Source of the DNA: Candidatus Tenderia sp.
GTDB lineage: Bacteria > Pseudomonadota > Gammaproteobacteria > Tenderiales > Tenderiaceae
Assembly (NCBI GenBank): GCA_031416075.1
Contig: JANOSY010000019.1
Span: 1-29,396 of the forward strand
DNA length: 29,396 nt
Direction: 5' to 3'
Shown here piece by piece: positions 1 through 10,303 of the stretch (the stretch's first letter is position 1; each line of letters begins with the position of its first letter). Both the position numbers and the translations under genes were made by a program. Under the pieces are notes generated by a model that was given only the letters and a program-made list of their open reading frames with translations, was not told where the DNA came from and did no database searches.

Positions 1-177
1 GTCGTGGTGTTTTTTCGTCAGTAACAGACCTGGAACAAAAGATTATGGAATTCATTGAGGTCCACAATACCGATCCAAAACCCTTTGTGTGGACAAAAAC
101 AACTGAAGCGATTTTAGAGAAAATCGGGCGTGCTAAGGCTGTCTTGGTATGAGTATATTATTTGTTACAGTACACTA
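1..177 (+). mobile_element. IS630-family insertion sequence, 3' end (transposase C-terminus 3..152 and right end)
   Basis: Frame +3 reads RGVFSSVTDLEQKIMEFIEVHNTDPKPFVWTKTTEAILEKIGRAKAVLV*, the typical IS630 C-terminus (RG.F.SV..L...I..F...HN..PKPF.W). It is followed by ...TACACTA (171-177), consistent with an IS630 end plus TA target. Truncated by the window edge. Confidence 0.88.
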
Positions 178-260
178 AACAGTCAAATCGACTTTGATTG
201 TTTAGCAGTTGTGGTTTTTCATTGAAGGACTGGCTTCTGCCGAGCAATGTGTCGTACCGG

Positions 261-995
261 CTATTTTAATAGTTTGGCGGCAGACTGATCCATAAACCAG
301 GTGATTGCGCCCTGTGCAGTGATTCGCTCTACAGGCAACGGCTCGGAGGCCGTGGGCGGGTTAAAAACCCGTTCAACAATAGCCTGTTTGTTTTCACCGG
401 CGACAAAAAACCAGAGATTGCAGGCATTATTGATGATGGGATAGGTGATGCTCATGCGCCAGGATTTCTGCTTTTCCACCCATACGGCCGCACAGTAAGC
501 TTGATGGTTATCTAAAATATCGGTGCCTGGAAAAAGGGATGCGATATGGCCATCAGGCCCAAGACCAAGCAGTACAAGATCAGGTTGTGGTTTGCCATCT
601 TTGTCGCTGGGAATCAGTGAGTCGATGACTTTATGGTAGGTCTCTGCCGCTTGATCGGCGCTTAACTCACCTTGAATGCGATGAACATGGGTCGGGTCAA
701 TACTAATTTTTGTCAAAAGTGCGTCGTTGACCATTCTGTAGTTGCTTTCGGAGTGGTCAGGGGTGACATGGCGCTCATCACCGAAGTAAAGGTGCACCTT
801 TCCCCAGGGGATTGCGCTGGCGTAGATCGGACTCGCCAGAAGTTTATAAAAACTTTTTGGGGTTGAGCCGCCAGCCAAAAAGAGGTGGAATATATCGCGC
901 TCTTCAATGGTCCGGTGTATTAAACGTAACAGCTCTTTGGCAGCATCCTGGCAAAGTGTATCCATACTGGGTAGAACACGTTTTAAACCTTGCAT
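261..995 (-). CDS. pgl: 6-phosphogluconolactonase
   Basis: Motifs LAGGSTP, GDERHV, SNYRM and LLGLGPDGHIASLFP. Confidence 0.95.
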   Translation of the reverse strand: MQGLKRVLPSMDTLCQDAAKELLRLIHRTIEERDIFHLFLAGGSTPKSFYKLLASPIYASAIPWGKVHLYFGDERHVTPDHSESNYRMVNDALLTKISIDPTHVHRIQGELSADQAAETYHKVIDSLIPSDKDGKPQPDLVLLGLGPDGHIASLFPGTDILDNHQAYCAAVWVEKQKSWRMSITYPIINNACNLWFFVAGENKQAIVERVFNPPTASEPLPVERITAQGAITWFMDQSAAKLLK

Positions 996-1223
996 TAGCT
1001 GATCTCATTATGGATGTAGTTAATGTGGTAATGCCCATTACGGTAGTTACTCAATCTGCAAGAGTCAATTTGAGTGCCGTTGATCAACGGAGCAATTATT
1101 ACCGGATAACGTACCGTTAGTTTTATCAATAATCGTTATAAGCAGTTTTACTGCCAGCTCATACCATCGGCAGCATAAACGTAAACTTTAGCGAAAATTT
1201 TTAATTGATGAGTGTTGGCAGGA

Positions 1224-1712
1224 TTATCTTTTTCGTTCCAAAACGGTAAAGCTGTAACTGAAACAGTTCTGAGCATCAGCAGGGTGATCTATGCGCGCTA
1301 TTTCATGCCACTCGGTGGGGTTGAGCGGCGGAAAATAGGCATCGCCTTTAATGTTAGCGTGGACGAGGGTGAGATAGAGCAGGTCAGCTTGGGGAAGGGT
1401 CTGTTGGTAGAAAGAGGCACCACCAATGATCATGACCTCGTCAACGGTTGAACAGCGCTCCAAGGCTGTTTCGATGGTATTGACTACTTCGCAGCCCTCT
1501 AGAGTCAGGGTGCTGTCGCGGGAGATGATGATGTTACGACGTCCTGGCAGGGGTTTGCCGATTGAGTCGTAGGTTTTACGCCCCATCAGCACCGGTTTGC
1601 CCAAGGTCTGTTGGCGGAACCACTTCATGTCGGCGGGCAGATTCCAGGGCAGACGGTTTTCGATGCCAATAACACCGTCGTCTGTCATGGCGGCAATGAT
1701 CGATATCTTCAT
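1224..1712 (-). CDS. folA: dihydrofolate reductase
   Basis: Motifs [38 protein letters not shown] and GDAYFP; 4-nt overlap with thyA. Confidence 0.97.
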   Translation of the reverse strand: MKISIIAAMTDDGVIGIENRLPWNLPADMKWFRQQTLGKPVLMGRKTYDSIGKPLPGRRNIIISRDSTLTLEGCEVVNTIETALERCSTVDEVMIIGGASFYQQTLPQADLLYLTLVHANIKGDAYFPPLNPTEWHEIARIDHPADAQNCFSYSFTVLERKR

Positions 1713-2542
1713 ATGGCAATCGGGGCTTTAATGTGGGGATGGCTCTGATAGTTGATCAGCTCAAAATCCTCAATGCGGAAATCGAAGATGTTTTTGATCT
1801 CCGGATTAAGAATCATCTGTGGCAGTGGATAGGGGGTGCGTGAAAGCTGTAGCTCCGTCTGTTCAAGGTGGTTAAGGTAGAGATGGGCATCACCAAAGGT
1901 GTGCACAAAATCACCGGGCTCCAGTTCACATACCTGAGCGATCATCATGGTCAGCAGGGCGTAAGAGGCGATGTTGAAAGGTACGCCAATAAAGATATCG
2001 GCGCTGCGCTGGTAGAGCTGGCAGGAGAGGCGGCCATTGCTGACATAAAACTGGAAAAAGGCGTGGCAGGGGGCCAGCGCCATGCGTCCTTCCTTAACAT
2101 TGGCTTGGGGGCTGATCGTTTCATTGGGCAGATCAGCCACATTCCAGGCACTGACGATCAGGCGGCGTGAATTGGGTTTACGTTTGATCTGCTCAACCAC
2201 CTCACTGATCTGATCGACAGTACGGTTATCAGCGGTTGCCCAGGAGCGCCACTGGTGGCCATAGACCGGACCGAGGTCCCCCTGCTCTGTTGCCCACTCA
2301 TCCCAGATGGTGACGCCATTTTCTTTCAGGTAACGGGTATTGGTCTCGCCCTTTAGGAACCAGAGCAGCTCATGGATGATAGAGCGTAGGTGGCATTTTT
2401 TGGTGGTGACCAGGGGGAAGCCCTGGCTCAGGTCAAAACGCATCTGGTAGCCAAACACACTCACGGTACCGGTACCGGTGCGATCCCCCTTGCGGTCACC
2501 ATGTTCGTAGACATGGCGCATTAAGTCGAGATATTGCTGCAT
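1709..2542 (-). CDS. thyA: thymidylate synthase
   Basis: Motifs [15 protein letters not shown], catalytic LAPCH, YQRSAD, PFNIASY and HLYLNH; 277-aa variant with a short loop insertion before MALAPCH. Confidence 0.98.
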   Translation of the reverse strand: MQQYLDLMRHVYEHGDRKGDRTGTGTVSVFGYQMRFDLSQGFPLVTTKKCHLRSIIHELLWFLKGETNTRYLKENGVTIWDEWATEQGDLGPVYGHQWRSWATADNRTVDQISEVVEQIKRKPNSRRLIVSAWNVADLPNETISPQANVKEGRMALAPCHAFFQFYVSNGRLSCQLYQRSADIFIGVPFNIASYALLTMMIAQVCELEPGDFVHTFGDAHLYLNHLEQTELQLSRTPYPLPQMILNPEIKNIFDFRIEDFELINYQSHPHIKAPIAI

Positions 2543-2590
2543 GATAATCCTGTATTGCAGTGATGTAATTTGAGGGGAGAGGTTAACAAA

Positions 2591-3382
2591 CTAGTCGGTT
2601 CTGGTCTTCCTTTTATAGGCCCATACCATGATAGCAATACCGGCAATCACCATGGGCAGTGATAATTCCTGACCACGGGTGAGCCAGCCAAAGGCCTGGT
2701 AACCCAGATGGGCATCGGGTTCGCGCACAAATTCCACGATAAAACGGAAGCTGCCATAGCCGATCAGAAACAGCCCGGAGACCGCCATGGTGGGGCGCGG
2801 TTTACGTGAAAAGAGCCATAGCATAAGGAAGAGCACCAACCCTTCAAGCAGCGCCTGATAGAGCTGTGAGGGGTGGCGTGGCAGATCACCGGCGTAGGGA
2901 AAGACGATACCCCACGAGACATCCGTCACCTTGCCCCAGAGCTCGCCGTTGATGAAGTTGCCAATACGCCCCATGCCGAGGCCAATGGGGACCAGTGGTG
3001 CCAGGAAGTCGGTGACGGTGAAAAAACTGAGGTTAAATTTGCGACCGTAGAGCCACATCGCCACAAATACCCCGAGCATACCGCCGTGAAACGCCATGCC
3101 GCCTTCCCATACCTTAAATATGTTGAGTGGATGGTTGAGGTAGTTGGCCAGATCGTAAAAGAGGATGTAACCGAGCCGTCCGCCCAGTACCGCCCCCAGC
3201 GCGCCGTAGAAAATCAGATCGGCGATCTGTTCTTTCTTAAAAGGAGAGTGTGGCTGTTTGGCCTGTTGGGTACCGAGCCACCAGGCGGCGGCAAAACCCA
3301 CCAGATACATCAGGCCGTACCAATGGATCTTGAGTGGACCAAGCTGCAGGGCGACAGGATCGATTTGAGGAAAGCTGAGCAT
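2591..3382 (-). CDS. lgt: prolipoprotein diacylglyceryl transferase
   Basis: Motifs [34 protein letters not shown] and RHPSQLY; usual position upstream of thyA. Confidence 0.97.
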   Translation of the reverse strand: MLSFPQIDPVALQLGPLKIHWYGLMYLVGFAAAWWLGTQQAKQPHSPFKKEQIADLIFYGALGAVLGGRLGYILFYDLANYLNHPLNIFKVWEGGMAFHGGMLGVFVAMWLYGRKFNLSFFTVTDFLAPLVPIGLGMGRIGNFINGELWGKVTDVSWGIVFPYAGDLPRHPSQLYQALLEGLVLFLMLWLFSRKPRPTMAVSGLFLIGYGSFRFIVEFVREPDAHLGYQAFGWLTRGQELSLPMVIAGIAIMVWAYKRKTRTD

Positions 3383-3406
3383 CAGGATAAAGGTCTCGGT
3401 AATGGG

Positions 3407-4597
3407 TTAACTGGGCAGTACGCGACAGATGAAGGATTTGAGATAACTGGTCTCCTGGATCGCCGGATGAACGGGGTGATCCGGCCCCTGATGGCCCTGC
3501 TCCAGCAGCACCAGATTGCGGTCCATGTGGCGGCTGCTCTTGAGCAACAGGTCGTGCAGCCCCTCCCGTGGCAGATGGTAGGAGCAGGAGGCCGAGACCA
3601 GAATACCGTCACGCTCCAGCAGCGACATGGCCAGCGAGTTGATGCGGCGATAGGCCTCCAGACCGTTGGCCGCATCTTTGCGCCGCTTGATGAAGGCGGG
3701 CGGGTCGAGAATGATCATGTCGAAGTGCTGGCGCTCATCGCGCAGACCACGCAGGATCTCAAAGGCGTCGCCGGCCAGGGTGCTGACCCTATCGCCGACG
3801 TTGTTGAGGTTGGCGTTGTGGTGTACCAGCTCGAGGGCGCGGGCCGAGTCATCAACAAAGACCACCTCTTTGGCGCCACTGACCGCTGCCGGAATGCCCC
3901 AGCCGCCGAGATAACTGAAGACATCCAAGACCCGCATCCCCTTGGCGTACTGGCTGGCGCGTTGGCGGTTGAGGCGATGGTCGTAAAACCAGCCGGTCTT
4001 CTGACTAGTGAGGGTATCGGCCTGAAAGCGGCAACCGTTTTCGACTATATCAAGGAACTCTGGCGTTTCACCCAGCGCTGTTTCAATGTAGGAGGGAAGT
4101 CCCTCAAGCGCCCGAATTGCGCCGTCATTGCGGAGGATGATGGTGGTCGGTTTGAGTGTCTTCTCCAGTGCGGCGATGATCTCATCCTTACGCCGCTCCA
4201 TGCCCGCCGTGGTGATCTGCACACTCACCACAGCGCCAAAACGGTCGATCACCAGCCCCGGCAGACCGTCGCTCTCGCCATAGACCAGACGGTAGAAGGG
4301 ATCGGCAAAGAGGCGCTGGCGCAGCGACAGGGCAACATTAATACGGTGCACCAGCAGTGAGGCATCCAACCCATGTTTAGGATCGCGGCTCACCAGTCGG
4401 GCGCAGATCAGCGAGTGGGGATTGACGTAGCCGTGGCCCATAAACTTGCCCTTCTCATCCACCACCTCCACATCCTGGCCCGGCTCGAACTGCTCCAGTG
4501 GCGTGACTTTGGTATCAACCTCGTTGCTGAAGACCCAAAGATGGCCGACGCGGAGACGGCGTGATTCGTTCTTCTTAAGTTGCAGGCGGGCGGTCAT
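3407..4597 (-). CDS. rlmI: class I SAM-dependent rRNA methyltransferase, RlmI (23S m5C1962) family
   Basis: PUA-like N-terminus (GHLWVFSNE), GESDGLPGLVIDRF, QKTGWFYDHR, LDVFSYLGG, LDPPAF, SCS and E..YLK. Start placed at ATG 4597; the ORF track extends to 4618. Confidence 0.85.
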   Translation of the reverse strand: MTARLQLKKNESRRLRVGHLWVFSNEVDTKVTPLEQFEPGQDVEVVDEKGKFMGHGYVNPHSLICARLVSRDPKHGLDASLLVHRINVALSLRQRLFADPFYRLVYGESDGLPGLVIDRFGAVVSVQITTAGMERRKDEIIAALEKTLKPTTIILRNDGAIRALEGLPSYIETALGETPEFLDIVENGCRFQADTLTSQKTGWFYDHRLNRQRASQYAKGMRVLDVFSYLGGWGIPAAVSGAKEVVFVDDSARALELVHHNANLNNVGDRVSTLAGDAFEILRGLRDERQHFDMIILDPPAFIKRRKDAANGLEAYRRINSLAMSLLERDGILVSASCSYHLPREGLHDLLLKSSRHMDRNLVLLEQGHQGPDHPVHPAIQETSYLKSFICRVLPS

Positions 4598-4750
4598 TGG
4601 GGGATTACCAAGTGGCAAATGTGGTCGGAATTATAACGTTTGCGGGGTAAACTTGGGCTGAAACTTTATTTCGCGGCTGGAAACCCGGATAATGGCCGGT
4701 TTCGAATTTCGATCATGGTTTCATAGTCCACAACATCAAGGAATACGCAA

Positions 4751-5755
4751 ATGCATAATGGTGTATCAGTTACCCAGTTCATCATCGAAGAGCAGCGCCG
4801 TCTGCCGGGCGCTACCGGTGATTTTACTTCACTGCTGAATGATGTTGTCAGCGCTTGCAAGGTGATCTCCAACGCCGTCAACAAGGGTGCCTTGATCGGT
4901 GTGCTCGGGACCGCTGGCAGTGAAAATATCCAGGGTGAAACCCAGAAAAAACTGGATGTCATCACCAATGATGTCTTCCTGAAGTCCAACGAGTGGGCCG
5001 GTCACCTGGCCGCCATGGCCTCTGAAGAGATGGACGAGATCTATCCGATCCCAGCTCAGTACCCACGTGGCAAGTACCTGATGACCTTTGATCCGCTTGA
5101 TGGCTCCTCCAACATCGACGTCAACATCTCTGTGGGTACCATTTTCTCTATTCTGCGTTGCCCAGAAGGTGTGACCGATCCAAAAGAGGCTGACTTCCTG
5201 CAGCCCGGTACCAAACAGATCTGTGCCGGTTACGCCCTGTATGGCCCCTCCACCATGCTGGTATTGACCACAGGCAGCGGTGTCAACGGCTTCACCCTGG
5301 ATCGTGATATCGGTGAATTCATCCTTACCCATCCTAATATGCGGATTCCTGCGGATACCCGTGAATTCGCCATCAACGCCTCCAACCAACGTTACTGGGA
5401 AGCGCCGGTGCAGCGTTACGTTGATGAGTGCCTGAAGGGTAAAGAGGGTCCTCGCGGTGACAACTTCAACATGCGCTGGGTTGCCTCCATGGTGGCAGAA
5501 GTACATCGTATCCTGGTGCGTGGCGGTATCTTCATGTACCCCATGGACAGCAAACTTAAGGCTCAGGGCGGCAAGCTGCGTCTGATGTATGAAGCTAATC
5601 CGATGTCATTCATCGTTGAGCAGGCCGGTGGTGTATCAAGCACTGGCCGCGAGCGCATCATGGATATCAAGCCCAGCGGTATTCATCAGCGTGTACCGGT
5701 TATTCTTGGTTCCAAAAACGAAGTTGATATTGTGGTCTCTTATCACCAGTCGTAA
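4751..5755 (+). CDS. fbp: class 1 fructose-1,6-bisphosphatase
   Basis: Motifs [30 protein letters not shown] and [11 protein letters not shown]. Confidence 0.97.
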   Translation: MHNGVSVTQFIIEEQRRLPGATGDFTSLLNDVVSACKVISNAVNKGALIGVLGTAGSENIQGETQKKLDVITNDVFLKSNEWAGHLAAMASEEMDEIYPIPAQYPRGKYLMTFDPLDGSSNIDVNISVGTIFSILRCPEGVTDPKEADFLQPGTKQICAGYALYGPSTMLVLTTGSGVNGFTLDRDIGEFILTHPNMRIPADTREFAINASNQRYWEAPVQRYVDECLKGKEGPRGDNFNMRWVASMVAEVHRILVRGGIFMYPMDSKLKAQGGKLRLMYEANPMSFIVEQAGGVSSTGRERIMDIKPSGIHQRVPVILGSKNEVDIVVSYHQS

Positions 5756-5778
5756 TACGCGACATTGTGATGTTGGTT

Positions 5779-5816
5779 AAAAGCCTGGCCCCAGAAATGG
5801 GGCTGGGCTTTTTTTT
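5779..5816 (+). terminator. intrinsic terminator after fbp
   Basis: Hairpin GCCTGGCCCCA-GAAA-TGGGGCTGGGC followed by T8. Confidence 0.9.
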
Positions 5817-5884
5817 GGCAGTAAATTGTATTTCGTTAAAAATTACATAATAACAATGAGGTATTGTATGACTATAAAAAACAC

Positions 5885-5911
5885 TAAAACTATTGGGAGA
5901 TTAACCGATAA
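5885..5911 (+). promoter_or_regulatory. putative sigma-28 (FliA) promoter for the ThDP-enzyme gene
   Basis: TAAA-N15-ACCGATAA against consensus TAAA-N15-GCCGATAA, 50 nt upstream of ATG 5962; RBS AAGGAG near 5944-5949. Confidence 0.65.
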
Positions 5912-5961
5912 ACCACAGTGGTAACCAGCTATTCATAATGTCAAAGGAGTGACGACAAACC

Positions 5962-7809
5962 ATGACTAAACATGCAACACAGATAGAGTCAGTTAAGGCT
6001 ACTGAAGTTAATACCCAGGCAGACTTGCTGATCCGTTATTTACTGCAAGTAGGGGTGGATTACATTTTTGGTGTGCCGGGGGGGGCAATAGAGCCTTTGT
6101 ATGATGCGATTGGTCGCAATCTGCGCCGTTCGTTTGACCCCGAATCTTCCGAATCAGCCGAGACCAGCTTACTGCCCGTTCGCAGGCGTAACCGCCCACA
6201 GCAGATCCAGTCAGTAGTCGCCCGCCATGAGTCGGGTGCTGCTTTTATGGCAGATGGTTATGCCCGTGAAACCGGTAAAATCGGGGTCTGTTGCGCAACC
6301 ACCGGGCCAGGTGCAACTAACCTGCTTACCGGTGTTGCCGCCGCGTATGCCGACCATATACCGATGTTGGTGATTACCGGGCAAACGGCGCTGTCCAATT
6401 TTGGCCGGGGCGGTTTTCAGGAGTCCTCCAGTGATGCCATTGATATAGTAGGCATGTTTGAACACTGTACCCGCTACAACAGCCAGGTTTCACACCCCGA
6501 TCAACTGGAAGGCAAGCTCTATAAAGCGCTGTTACACGCCTTCAGATTGCCCAGAGGGCCGGTGCATTTGAGTATCCCTATGGATGTTTTCAAAGCGTCC
6601 TGCGCAAGAGGCACTGATTTGTACCCGATTGGGCAGCTGTTCCGGCGCTCAAAGACGGTGAGTGCAGAGTCCTATCAGGCACTGCTGAGCAAGGTTAATC
6701 AGGATAAAAAGCGGGTGCTGTTCATTGGCAGTGGCTGTAAGGATGCGATGGATGCGCTGATCGCCTTTGCTGAACATACCAATACCCCCATCGTAACAAC
6801 CCCGTCGGGCAAGGGGTTGATCAATAACTATCATCCGCTTTATCGTGGGGTGTTTGGTTTTGCTGGCCATGAAAGTGCACACAGAACCCTGCAGGATAAA
6901 GGGCTGGAGTTGATCATGGCTGTTGGTACCTCTTTGGGGGAGATGTCAACGGGCGGTTGGGATACGGCGATCCTGAACAGCAGATTGGTACACCTGTCGG
7001 CAACAGAAGAGGATTTTGACTACTCGCCAATGGCCTGTTTGCATGTATTGGGTGACCTGCAAACACTCTTTAACGGATTGCTCAAAGATCTGCCAGCCGT
7101 TACCAAAAAAGTAGCCATCGTTGCCAAGAGTGTTGCTCAGGCAGGTAATAGTTTGCCAACGGGGTTAAGTTTTCTGAGGGAAGAGGCGTTATCTTCAGAC
7201 GCTGTGCCGTTAAAACCACAACGGGTCATGCAAGAGTTAATGCGGCAGTTGCCTGACGATACCCGTTTTATTGTGGATGCGGGCAATGTCCTTGCTTGGG
7301 CAACCCATTATTTGATGTTGAATAGTGCTAATTTACACCGCACCTCCTTTGGCTTTGGTGCCATGGGTTGGGCGATAGGGGCGGCTGTTGGAACCGCGTT
7401 GGGATCGGGTAACAAACCGGTTGTCTGTATTACCGGGGATGGCAGCTATCTGATGAGCGGTCAGGAGATCAGCGTGGCGGTGGCTGAGCATCTACCAGTA
7501 CTGTTTATTGTGCTGAATGATCAGGCGTTGGGCATGGTTAAACATGGTCAACGCATGACCGGTGCTGAGTCGATAGGTTATACATTGCCAGTGGTGGATT
7601 TTGCACAAATAGCCCGCGCACAGGGGGCCAAGGCGTATACCATACGCACGGTTGAAGATTTTGAGCAGTTAGAGTGGACCGAGTTGTTGGTGGCTGCAGG
7701 CCCAACACTGCTGGATATTCAGATAGATCCGGAAGAGGTACCACCGATGAATGCCAGGGTTAAAACCTTGCGTAAGACAGGGGGTGGTTCTGATATCTGG
7801 ATGCCGTAA
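5962..7809 (+). CDS. thiamine-diphosphate-dependent enzyme (acetolactate synthase-like fold; function unknown)
   Basis: FGVPGG, RHE catalytic Glu, ADGYAR, TTGPGATN, FGAMGW and the GDGS...LND ThDP motif. No RFDDR motif and no adjacent regulatory subunit. Confidence 0.9.
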   Translation: MTKHATQIESVKATEVNTQADLLIRYLLQVGVDYIFGVPGGAIEPLYDAIGRNLRRSFDPESSESAETSLLPVRRRNRPQQIQSVVARHESGAAFMADGYARETGKIGVCCATTGPGATNLLTGVAAAYADHIPMLVITGQTALSNFGRGGFQESSSDAIDIVGMFEHCTRYNSQVSHPDQLEGKLYKALLHAFRLPRGPVHLSIPMDVFKASCARGTDLYPIGQLFRRSKTVSAESYQALLSKVNQDKKRVLFIGSGCKDAMDALIAFAEHTNTPIVTTPSGKGLINNYHPLYRGVFGFAGHESAHRTLQDKGLELIMAVGTSLGEMSTGGWDTAILNSRLVHLSATEEDFDYSPMACLHVLGDLQTLFNGLLKDLPAVTKKVAIVAKSVAQAGNSLPTGLSFLREEALSSDAVPLKPQRVMQELMRQLPDDTRFIVDAGNVLAWATHYLMLNSANLHRTSFGFGAMGWAIGAAVGTALGSGNKPVVCITGDGSYLMSGQEISVAVAEHLPVLFIVLNDQALGMVKHGQRMTGAESIGYTLPVVDFAQIARAQGAKAYTIRTVEDFEQLEWTELLVAAGPTLLDIQIDPEEVPPMNARVKTLRKTGGGSDIWMP

Positions 7810-8000
7810 TTGGCAACAGTGTGTTGGTCTGCTTTATTAACTAGAATTAAGAGTCGTTTAATTGTATATGTATTGTTCACAAAATTAGTTGAAAAAATCT
7901 ATTCAGTTACGAATCAAATAATTATTCTGTAGTGGGCAGGTGAGGGCAGGGCACGGGGGGCCTGTTTTTCCTGGGTGCAGGATTTAAATGGAGAGGCGTT

Positions 8001-10181
8001 GTGTTTAAACACAAGCAAAAAATGTTGGTTGTTCTGTGTAGCTTGGTGAGCGCGCAGCCTCAGGCCCAGATGGTGGTGGCACCGGACGATGATCTGTTGC
8101 AGCTCTATGGCAGCGAGGAGATGATCAGCATTGCCACCGGTACGCAGAAACCGATCCACCTGGCCCCTGCTGTTGCCAGTATTGTCACTGCTGCGGATAT
8201 CAAGGCGATGGGGGTGACCAGTCTGGATGAGGCGCTGGAGCTGATTCCTGGCTTGCATGTGTCCGTTTCAAATATTAATCGTCTTAATTCTGTGTATTCA
8301 ATTCGAGGAATTCATACGGGCAATAATGCTCAGGTATTGCTGACTATTAACGGTATTCCCTTGAAAGATACTTATACGGGTTCGCGACTGAACACTTTTC
8401 GCCTGCCAGCGGCGAATATATCCCGTATCGAGGTGATTCGTGGCCCTGGTTCTGCTGTGCATGGGGCTGATGCCTTTGCCGGTGTGATCAATGTTGTGAC
8501 CAAAGATGCAAAAGAGCTTAAGGGTGTTGTTGCGGGCGGGCGAATCGGATCGTTTGACTCCCAGGAGAGCTGGGTTCAATACGGTGGTCGTGCCGCTGAT
8601 TGGAATGTTGGTTTCAGTATGGAACATGCCATCAGTGATGGTGATCAAGCCAGAAGGGTAGACAGTGATGCGGCAACGGCGCTGGGCACATCTTTTGCGC
8701 CCGCTGCCCCCTTGCAGTCACGGTATAACATTCTCAATACCCGTATTGGTATAGCCAATGATGATTGGGATATCAGTCTCTGGAGCTGGATGCAACGGGA
8801 TGGTGGTACTGGTCCGGGCATAGCGCAGGCGATCGATCCGGTCGGAGGGGCTGAGATTGACTATTTTCAGTTGGATGTGAATTTTCGCTTCCCGGCTGAG
8901 TTGAACGGTTGGGCGATGGGTTCGCGGTTAAACATTCAGTATGAAACTGAGAAAAATGGGTATCTGATATTACCGCCAGGCTCAGTTCTGCCGGTGGGGG
9001 ATGATGGCAATATTGGCACCACACCTAATAGTGGCTGTCCGGTGGTGACAGGGTTGGGGAAGGCTTGTTTAGTGAGTTTTGTTGATGGTCTTTACGGCAG
9101 CCCGGGAGGAAGAGCTAATAACAGCAGCGCTGAATTGAATGGTCTTTATGATAAGCAGCGCAACCACTTGGTACGCCTTAGCGTTGGCTTTAGTCAGCAG
9201 CGTCTTTATGTATCAGAAACAAAAAACTTTGGCCCTGGCACACCTGCAGCACAAGTGGGAGAGGTGGCGGCTGGTTCTGGTGGCATCTGGGTTATTCCGG
9301 GTGTTTTAACCGACGTGACGGGGACAGCGGATGTGTTTATTGCTGATCAGATACGGGATGTCTGGTATCTTGCATTTCAGGATGAGTGGCAATTTGCGCC
9401 TGACTGGGAGCTGACCGGAGGGGTGCGTTATGACCATTACACTGAGTTTGGATCAACGGTGAATCCACGTTTGGCGCTGGTATGGGCGATGGATTACAAC
9501 CTGACCAGCAAACTGTTGCTGGGGTCGGCGTTTCGTGCCCCCTCCTTTGGTGAAGAGTTTGCCAAAAACAACCCCGTTGCCTTGGGCAATTCACAGTTGC
9601 GCCCCGAGACCATTAATACCGCAGAGATTGCGTTTGACTATCGCCCCAACTTTGATCTGCAGGAGATGTTTAATCTTTTCTACTACGAGGCGAAAGATCT
9701 GATTGATTATGGCACTACAACTAGCGGTGCCCAGGCCCAAAATCTGAATAATCAAAAGGGTTACGGTGTGGAGATGGAGTCAAAATGGAAGCCACTCGAC
9801 AGCTTAACGTTGGGCGCTGCGTTTGCCTGGCAACATTCGGAAGATATGCGGACCGGCGCACCGATTGCCGATGCACCAGGGCGGCAACTGTCGCTCTCGT
9901 TATTGTGGAAGGTACAGCCTGCCTGGTCGGTATATGGGAGTGCCAACTGGGTGGCGGATCGTAAGCGGGCAACCAATGACAGCCGTCCGCAGATTGATGA
10001 CTATACAGTTGTCAATGTAACCCTGCGCCGACGTCTGGGCCAGCAGTGGGAGCTGGCGGCATCATTGCGGAATCTCCTGGATGCGGATGCCCGTGAACCA
10101 AGCAGTGGTACCATCCCGAAGGATTTCCCCCTGGAGGGGCGTAGTCTCTATGCCGAGGTCCGTTATAACCTGACCAACTGA
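8001..10181 (+). CDS. TonB-dependent outer-membrane receptor
   Basis: Signal peptide; plug motifs ASIVTAADI, IRG and ISRIEVIRGPGSAVHGADAFAGVINVVTK; barrel motifs GVRYDHY, NPRLAL, AFRAPS, LRPE and NLLD...GRSLY. Confidence 0.93.
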   Translation: MFKHKQKMLVVLCSLVSAQPQAQMVVAPDDDLLQLYGSEEMISIATGTQKPIHLAPAVASIVTAADIKAMGVTSLDEALELIPGLHVSVSNINRLNSVYSIRGIHTGNNAQVLLTINGIPLKDTYTGSRLNTFRLPAANISRIEVIRGPGSAVHGADAFAGVINVVTKDAKELKGVVAGGRIGSFDSQESWVQYGGRAADWNVGFSMEHAISDGDQARRVDSDAATALGTSFAPAAPLQSRYNILNTRIGIANDDWDISLWSWMQRDGGTGPGIAQAIDPVGGAEIDYFQLDVNFRFPAELNGWAMGSRLNIQYETEKNGYLILPPGSVLPVGDDGNIGTTPNSGCPVVTGLGKACLVSFVDGLYGSPGGRANNSSAELNGLYDKQRNHLVRLSVGFSQQRLYVSETKNFGPGTPAAQVGEVAAGSGGIWVIPGVLTDVTGTADVFIADQIRDVWYLAFQDEWQFAPDWELTGGVRYDHYTEFGSTVNPRLALVWAMDYNLTSKLLLGSAFRAPSFGEEFAKNNPVALGNSQLRPETINTAEIAFDYRPNFDLQEMFNLFYYEAKDLIDYGTTTSGAQAQNLNNQKGYGVEMESKWKPLDSLTLGAAFAWQHSEDMRTGAPIADAPGRQLSLSLLWKVQPAWSVYGSANWVADRKRATNDSRPQIDDYTVVNVTLRRRLGQQWELAASLRNLLDADAREPSSGTIPKDFPLEGRSLYAEVRYNLTN

Positions 10182-10235
10182 TCTGTTGGCCAGGTATCAG
10201 CCTCTTGTGTCACAACATCGCCGTACATAAAGTGG

Positions 10236-10267
10236 TCACCATACCCGGTTATATTAGGGTATGGTGA
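10236..10267. repeat. perfect 11-bp inverted repeat upstream of the citrate-synthase-like pair
   Basis: TCACCATACCC-N10-GGGTATGGTGA; no long T tract follows. Confidence 0.8.
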
Positions 10268-10303
10268 TGTTCTGTTATGTCTGGTGTATGGAGGTGGATA
10301 GTC

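Noticed and set aside
1028-1041. GTAATG-CC-CATTAC palindrome upstream of pgl as a HexR site
   Set aside because: Spacing is one base longer than the TGTAAT-N3-ATTACA pattern I recall and the outer bases do not match; too short to support.
3382-3675. 97-aa - strand ORF abutting lgt
   Set aside because: Alternative frame within rlmI; Arg/Cys/Trp-rich composition typical of off-frame translation.
2873-4360. 495-aa + strand ORF
   Set aside because: Antisense shadow of lgt and rlmI; no recognisable motifs.
7911-7930. Fur-box-like AT-rich stretch upstream of the TonB receptor
   Set aside because: Only about 11 of 19 matches, in an AT-rich spacer.
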